A DNA stretch of 29,800 nucleotides. Origin: Opitutus sp. GAS368 (GTDB taxonomy: Bacteria; Verrucomicrobiota; Verrucomicrobiia; Opitutales; Opitutaceae). The notes under the pieces are model-generated. The model saw nothing but the letters and a program-made list of their open reading frames with translations. It was not told where the DNA came from and made no database searches. Below are positions 25,167 to 29,800 of this stretch, one piece after another. Within the stretch, counting starts at the first letter, position 1. Every line of letters starts with the position of its first letter. Both the position numbers and the translations under genes were made by a program. The stretch is from NCBI GenBank assembly GCA_945861645.1, contig CAMAVZ010000024.1:1-29800 (forward strand), given 5' to 3'.

Positions 25167-25191
25167 AAAAAAGCCGGACGCGGGTCCGGCT
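25167..25191 (-). terminator. Intrinsic terminator of sucCD, between convergent genes
   Basis: Stem AGCCGGAC-GCGG-GTCCGGCT (25172-25191) with an A6 run on the plus strand, which is a U-tract for the minus-strand transcript. Confidence 0.8.
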
Positions 25192-25219
25192 CTTGCTGTG
25201 GTCGATGCAGCCTAGTGGA

Positions 25220-26143
25220 TTAGGTCAGCGTCACACCCTTGGCTTTAGCTGAGCGCAGGAGAGCGTCGGCCATGTCGGAGGGGGTGACAGCGACTTCGAT
25301 GCCGCATTCTTTAAAGACGGCGATCTTGGCCGCGGCGGTATCCTCGGCGCCGCCGACGATCGCGCCGGCGTGGCCCATGCGACGACCGGCAGGGGCGGTG
25401 GCGCCGGCGATGAAGCCAGCGACGGGCTTGGTGCAATTGGCCTTGATCCAGCGCGCGGCCTCGACCTCAGCGTTGCCGCCGATTTCGCCGATGAGGATAA
25501 TCCCATGCGTCTCGGGATCGGCGTTGAAGAGTTTGATCACGTCGAGGTGATTAGTCCCGTTGACGGGGTCGCCACCGATGCCGACGCAGGTGGTCTGGCC
25601 AATATTTTTCGAGGTAAGTTGAAAAACCGCTTCGTAGGTGAGGGTGCCGGAGCGAGAGACGACGCCAACGTGGCCCTGTTTGTGAATATAGCCTGGGGCG
25701 ATACCGATGCGGCAGCCGCCAGAGGAGTCCTTGCCGGTGCCTGGGGTAACGATGCCGGGGCAGTTTGGCCCGAGCAGGCGAGTCTTGCTGCCCTGCATGG
25801 CGCGTTTCACGCGGATCATATCCTTAATCGGAATGCCCTCGGTGATAGCGACCGCAAGATCAAGGCCCGCATCAACGCACTCGAGGATGGCGTCAGCGGC
25901 ATAGGGGGGTGGGACAAAAATAACGGACACGCTAGCGCCGGTCGCTTGAGCCGCGTCCGCTACGGAATTAAAAATCGGTACTTTATGGGTGCCGTGCTCA
26001 AAGAATTGTCCGCCCTTACCCGGGGTGACGCCTGCGACGACCTGCGTGCCGTAGTCGAGTGAGAGCTTGGCGTGACGGCCACCGAAGTCGCCGGTGATGC
26101 CTTGGACAATGATCTTCGTTTGTGGAGTGATGAGAATGCTCAT
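25220..26143 (-). CDS. sucD: Succinate--CoA ligase alpha subunit
   Basis: IVQGITG, VAGVTPGKGG, GPNCPG, SRSGTLTYE, GIGGDP, RMGHAGA. Confidence 0.98.
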   Translation of the reverse strand: MSILITPQTKIIVQGITGDFGGRHAKLSLDYGTQVVAGVTPGKGGQFFEHGTHKVPIFNSVADAAQATGASVSVIFVPPPYAADAILECVDAGLDLAVAITEGIPIKDMIRVKRAMQGSKTRLLGPNCPGIVTPGTGKDSSGGCRIGIAPGYIHKQGHVGVVSRSGTLTYEAVFQLTSKNIGQTTCVGIGGDPVNGTNHLDVIKLFNADPETHGIILIGEIGGNAEVEAARWIKANCTKPVAGFIAGATAPAGRRMGHAGAIVGGAEDTAAAKIAVFKECGIEVAVTPSDMADALLRSAKAKGVTLT

Positions 26144-26167
26144 GGAAAAGGGGAGGAGGGAGAGGAC

Positions 26168-27349
26168 TTAGGCTACTAGCTTGACGATTTTCTGGGCGGC
26201 ATCGGCCATGGTGTCGCCCGAGACGAGGGCGAGGCCAGAAGCTGCCAGAGTGGCTTTGCCCGCAGCCACATTGTTGCCCTCGAGGCGAACCACGAGGGGC
26301 AGTTTAAGGCCAACCTCTTTGACCGCGGCGACGATCCCGGTGGCGATGACGTTGCAGTCCATGATGCCGCCGAAAATATTAACCAAAATACCTTTCACGT
26401 TTTTGTCACCGAGGATGATCTTGAAGGCGGCGATCACTTGGTCCTGGGAGGCGCCACCGCCCACATCGAGGAAGTTGGCGGGGGTGCCCCCAAAGTGTTG
26501 AATGATATCCATCGTGCTCATCGCGAGACCGGCGCCATTAACGAGGCAGGCGATATTGCCATCGAGTGCGATGTAGCTGAGCGAATATTTTGAAGCCTCA
26601 ATTTCCTTGGAGTCTTCTTCATTAAGATCGCGCAGCGCGACAATCTCCGGGTGACGGTAGAGGGCGTTGGCGTCAAAGGATACCTTGGCGTCGAGGGCGA
26701 GGACGTCGCCGGTGGGCGTGGTGATGAGCGGGTTGACTTCGATCATCGCGGCATCGGTTTCCCAGAAAGCCGTATAGAGATTGCGGATGAGTTTGGCGGC
26801 GTTTTTGGCTTCGATCCCGGTGAATCCTAATTTAAAAATAAGTTCACGGACTTGGAAATCGGCGAGGCCGTAGGCTGGATCGATGAGAATTTTGAACAGC
26901 TTCTCCGGCGTCTCATGCGCAACTTTCTCAATCTCTACCCCGCCCTCGGTGGAGGCGACGATCACGGGCCGCGAGCTGTTGCGGTCGAGGAGAATGGCGA
27001 GATAGTATTCTTTTTTAATTTCGCTCGCGACGGTGAAGTAGATCGTCTGAACCTTGCGCCCGGCGGGTCCGGTTTGGATGGTGACCAGGGTATTACCGAG
27101 CATGTTGGCCGCCATGGCTTGGGCCTCGGCTTTGGTTTTACAAAACTTCACGCCGCCCTCGAAGCCGTTGGTGAAAGTGCCCTTGCCGCGGCCACCCGCA
27201 TGGATCTGGGACTTAACCATGGTGGGCCCCTCGGGGAGTTGGGCGAGGGCGCGGCTCAAGCCCTCGGGCGTGGTCGCGACCGCACCCTGAGGGACGGGCA
27301 CGCCAAATTTTTCGAAGATAGCTTTAGCTTGATACTCGTGAATGTTCAT
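26168..27349 (-). CDS. sucC: Succinate--CoA ligase beta subunit
   Basis: [55 protein letters not shown]. Confidence 0.98.
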   Translation of the reverse strand: MNIHEYQAKAIFEKFGVPVPQGAVATTPEGLSRALAQLPEGPTMVKSQIHAGGRGKGTFTNGFEGGVKFCKTKAEAQAMAANMLGNTLVTIQTGPAGRKVQTIYFTVASEIKKEYYLAILLDRNSSRPVIVASTEGGVEIEKVAHETPEKLFKILIDPAYGLADFQVRELIFKLGFTGIEAKNAAKLIRNLYTAFWETDAAMIEVNPLITTPTGDVLALDAKVSFDANALYRHPEIVALRDLNEEDSKEIEASKYSLSYIALDGNIACLVNGAGLAMSTMDIIQHFGGTPANFLDVGGGASQDQVIAAFKIILGDKNVKGILVNIFGGIMDCNVIATGIVAAVKEVGLKLPLVVRLEGNNVAAGKATLAASGLALVSGDTMADAAQKIVKLVA

Positions 27350-27536
27350 GGGGAAAAGATGCAGTGATTTGCCATAAAGCTTGGGAGAATGACACGAAAA
27401 AACAGTCGGGCTGGTATTATTTACGTCTCCTCATCCCGCGCGGGCTTGGGGCGGGGTAAACTAATGGGTGGCGGCAGGCCTTGCCGTGACTGGCTCTGGG
27501 GTTGCCATGCGGGGTCGGGTCCGCAACTTGGACTCT

Positions 27537-28034
27537 ATGGAATCACACGAGTTGCTGAAGGAAGTGCTGAAGAAGACGAGTGCGAAGCAGATCGCTGCGG
27601 AGATGAGCTTATCTCTCTCACTGATTTATAAATGGGCCGAACCGCCCGTAGACGGTACGGGCAGTGGAGCTAATAATCCCCTCGACCGCATTGAGCAATT
27701 GGTGCGGATCACTGGGGATGGCCGGATTGCGCAGTGGGTTTGTGAGTTAGCGGGGGGATTTTATATTGCTAACCCTAAGGTCAAGCCGGACGCACAGCAG
27801 TTAATTCCTTCCACCAATAGCATCGTGCAGGAATTTGCCGACATGTTGGGGGCGATCGCCCTCGCGGCCTCGGATAATCAAATTACCCCTGATGAAGCCA
27901 AAGCGATACGCCGCCGGTGGGAAAACCTTAAGACTGTCACCGAGGGTTTCGTGCGTCACGCTGAACAAGGCGAATTCGCCGCCCTGAAGGCTCCTCTAAT
28001 GGCCGGAGCGGGAAATGCGGGGCGGAAAAGCTGA
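27537..28034 (+). CDS. Phage CII/CP76-like regulatory protein (N-terminal HTH plus helical domain)
   Basis: ATG at 27537. AKQIAAEMSLSLSLIYKWAE is HTH-like, and NPLDRIEQL and QEFADML...ASDNQITPDEAKAIRRRW resemble phage 186-type CII family proteins. Confidence 0.65.
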   Translation: MESHELLKEVLKKTSAKQIAAEMSLSLSLIYKWAEPPVDGTGSGANNPLDRIEQLVRITGDGRIAQWVCELAGGFYIANPKVKPDAQQLIPSTNSIVQEFADMLGAIALAASDNQITPDEAKAIRRRWENLKTVTEGFVRHAEQGEFAALKAPLMAGAGNAGRKS

Positions 28035-28047
28035 GCGCCGCGATTAA

Positions 28048-28788
28048 TTAAGGCAAATGCTGCCGGAGGAACTCAGCTTGCAGCACCGTTAGCTCGGTGA
28101 GGCCTGGCTGGGCTAGCCCGAGCAGGCTTTGGAGTTGCGCGTGAGAAAAGGTGGACTGTTCTCCACTGCTCTGGACTTCGACGAACTCACCTCGGCCGGT
28201 CATCACAATATTGGCATCCACGTCGGCGTCTTTATCCTCGAGGTAATTAAGATCGAGTAAGGCTTCGCCACCAACGAGGCCGACGCTGACCGCGGCGACC
28301 GAGTCGGTGAAGGGGTTCTCGGTAATTTTTTTGGCATGCAGGAGTTTCTGCACCGCGAGGCGAGCGGCGAGGTAGGCGCCGGTGATGGCGGCGGTGCGCG
28401 TGCCGCCATCGGCTTGCAGCACATCACAGTCGAGCCAAAGGGTATGTTCACCAAATTTCTTTAAATCGAGGACCGCGCGAATGGAGCGCCCGATGAGGCG
28501 TTGAATCTCGATGGTGCGGCCATCCATTTTGCCTTTGCTGATATCGCGGGGTTTCCGATCGAGCGTGCTGTAGGGCAGCATGGAATATTCCGCGGCCACC
28601 CAGCCACCGCTGACGCCCTGTTGTCGCATCCAAGAGGGAACTTTAGGCTCGATGGTCGCAGCACAGATGACGCGCGTCTGACCGCAGCCGATGAGCACAG
28701 AGCCCGCGGCGTGAGGCGCGATATTAGCCGCGAGGGTGAGGGGGCGGAGTTGGTGGGCGGAGCGGGCGTCGAGGCGAGGCGTCGGCAT
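28048..28788 (-). CDS. rph: Ribonuclease PH
   Basis: AEYSMLPYST, GRTIEIQRLIGRSIRA, DCDVLQADGGTRTAAITG, LDLNYLED. ATG at 28788 lies just after the hprK stop. Confidence 0.97.
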   Translation of the reverse strand: MPTPRLDARSAHQLRPLTLAANIAPHAAGSVLIGCGQTRVICAATIEPKVPSWMRQQGVSGGWVAAEYSMLPYSTLDRKPRDISKGKMDGRTIEIQRLIGRSIRAVLDLKKFGEHTLWLDCDVLQADGGTRTAAITGAYLAARLAVQKLLHAKKITENPFTDSVAAVSVGLVGGEALLDLNYLEDKDADVDANIVMTGRGEFVEVQSSGEQSTFSHAQLQSLLGLAQPGLTELTVLQAEFLRQHLP

Positions 28789-28792
28789 AGAA

Positions 28793-29800
28793 TCAGGTGG
28801 CATCATCTTCCGCTTCATCATCAGCCTGCACGCGGGCCGGCAGCCGGAATTTGAGGTTCGGCCGCTTCGCCCCCTCGGGGTCAGCCATGTGGGCGATGAG
28901 CCGATCGTTAAAAGTTTTGGCCGGATCGTGCCCCATGTTTTTTAAGGCTTGAACGAGCGCGGCTACTTCAACCAGGCGGGCAATGTCACGACCGGGGCGC
29001 ACGTAAAATTCGATATGCGGCACGCGCACGCCGAGGATATCATAATAATTTTCCTCAAGGCCCGTGCGTTCTTCAATCACCTCGGGTGACCATTCGCGTA
29101 AAGAAACGACGAGATCGATACGTTTTTCGAGGCGAATGCTTTTAACGCCGAACATTTCGGCGATGTTGATAATACCGATGCCGCGGCACTCCATGTAACC
29201 GCGGTTCAATGGGCGGGAGCTAGCGGAAAGTTCCCGTTCATCGAGTAATTTGATGACGGTGAGATCATCGGCCACCAACGAGTGGCCGCGTTCGATCAGC
29301 GCGAGCGCGCATTCCGATTTGCCGATGCCGCTGTCGCCGCGGATCATGACGCCGATGCCCTTAATATCGAGCGTGGTCGCGTGTTCGGTCCCGGCGGCGG
29401 CGAACTCATTGTCGATGCACAGGGTGGCGGCATTCACGAAGTTCATCGTGATGAGGGGCGTGCGGAAAATCGGGAGCTTCATCTCCGCGGAGACCGCCAG
29501 CATCGGGTGGGTCGCCACGTAATTGCGGGTCAGCACCATGCAGGGAATCCCGCGCCGCACCATTTCCTGAAAAATTTCAATTTGCTGACGCTGCGGCAGC
29601 GTCTTGAGGTAAGTCATTTCCGCCGCGCCGAAAACCTGAATGCGCTTGTTGGCGAAATATTTAAAAAAACCGGTGAGAGCGAGCGACGGTCGATTGATCG
29701 AGCCCTCCCGGATGAGGCGATCCAAATCAACTTCTTTGGTCACGAGCTCGAGGTGCAATTTCTCGCGATAGGTTTCGTAGAAATGAGCGACGGTGATGCC
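28793..29800 (-). CDS. hprK: HPr(Ser) kinase/phosphorylase (start lies beyond the window edge)
   Basis: INRPSLALTGFF, GDSGIGKSECAL, LVADD, MECRGIGIIN, VRPGRDIA. The frame stays open to 29800 (GITVAHFYETYREKLHLE...). Confidence 0.97.
   Translation of the reverse strand, partial: GITVAHFYETYREKLHLELVTKEVDLDRLIREGSINRPSLALTGFFKYFANKRIQVFGAAEMTYLKTLPQRQQIEIFQEMVRRGIPCMVLTRNYVATHPMLAVSAEMKLPIFRTPLITMNFVNAATLCIDNEFAAAGTEHATTLDIKGIGVMIRGDSGIGKSECALALIERGHSLVADDLTVIKLLDERELSASSRPLNRGYMECRGIGIINIAEMFGVKSIRLEKRIDLVVSLREWSPEVIEERTGLEENYYDILGVRVPHIEFYVRPGRDIARLVEVAALVQALKNMGHDPAKTFNDRLIAHMADPEGAKRPNLKFRLPARVQADDEAEDDAT

Noticed and set aside
25370-27367. Long plus-strand ORFs opposite sucD and sucC
   Set aside because: Antisense shadows expected from GC-rich codon usage.
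27360-27374. Sigma54 promoter for sucC (TGGCAAATCACTGCA)
   Set aside because: The GG-to-GC spacing is 9 nt; sigma54 requires 10.
1-29800. CRISPR arrays, tRNA/rRNA genes, transposases, prophage
   Set aside because: I saw no regularly spaced repeats, tRNA or rRNA signatures, or transposase, integrase catalytic or phage structural motifs.

Overview
A GC-rich bacterial chromosome segment. Gene order and protein style suggest Verrucomicrobiota/Opitutaceae, which is an inference. Most of it is housekeeping: 5' part of metH; a cobalamin riboswitch ahead of a BtuB-like TonB receptor; a DUF885 protein; recQ; a sigma54-type response regulator; a polysaccharide block (GT-C-like membrane protein, outer-membrane beta-barrel, Wzc-type kinase, gmd, fcl) split by valS; prfB with its +1 frameshift; an ATP-grasp-like protein; DUF3050; sucCD; a CII-like protein; rph; and hprK (partial). 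Three things stand out. (1) A SAM-I/IV-type riboswitch (24049-24180, minus strand) with a visible terminator/antiterminator switch controls an 83-aa protein that resembles an integrase arm-type DNA-binding domain, not a methionine enzyme. (2) A vapBC-type toxin-antitoxin pair is bracketed by 36-bp direct repeats (30/36 identical) with a palindromic core, resembling a small inserted cassette with no recombinase nearby. (3) A stand-alone, eroded specificity/C-terminal module of an MmeI-like restriction-modification enzyme sits 4 bp after recQ. All family calls come from recognising motifs by eye; no database searches were run.
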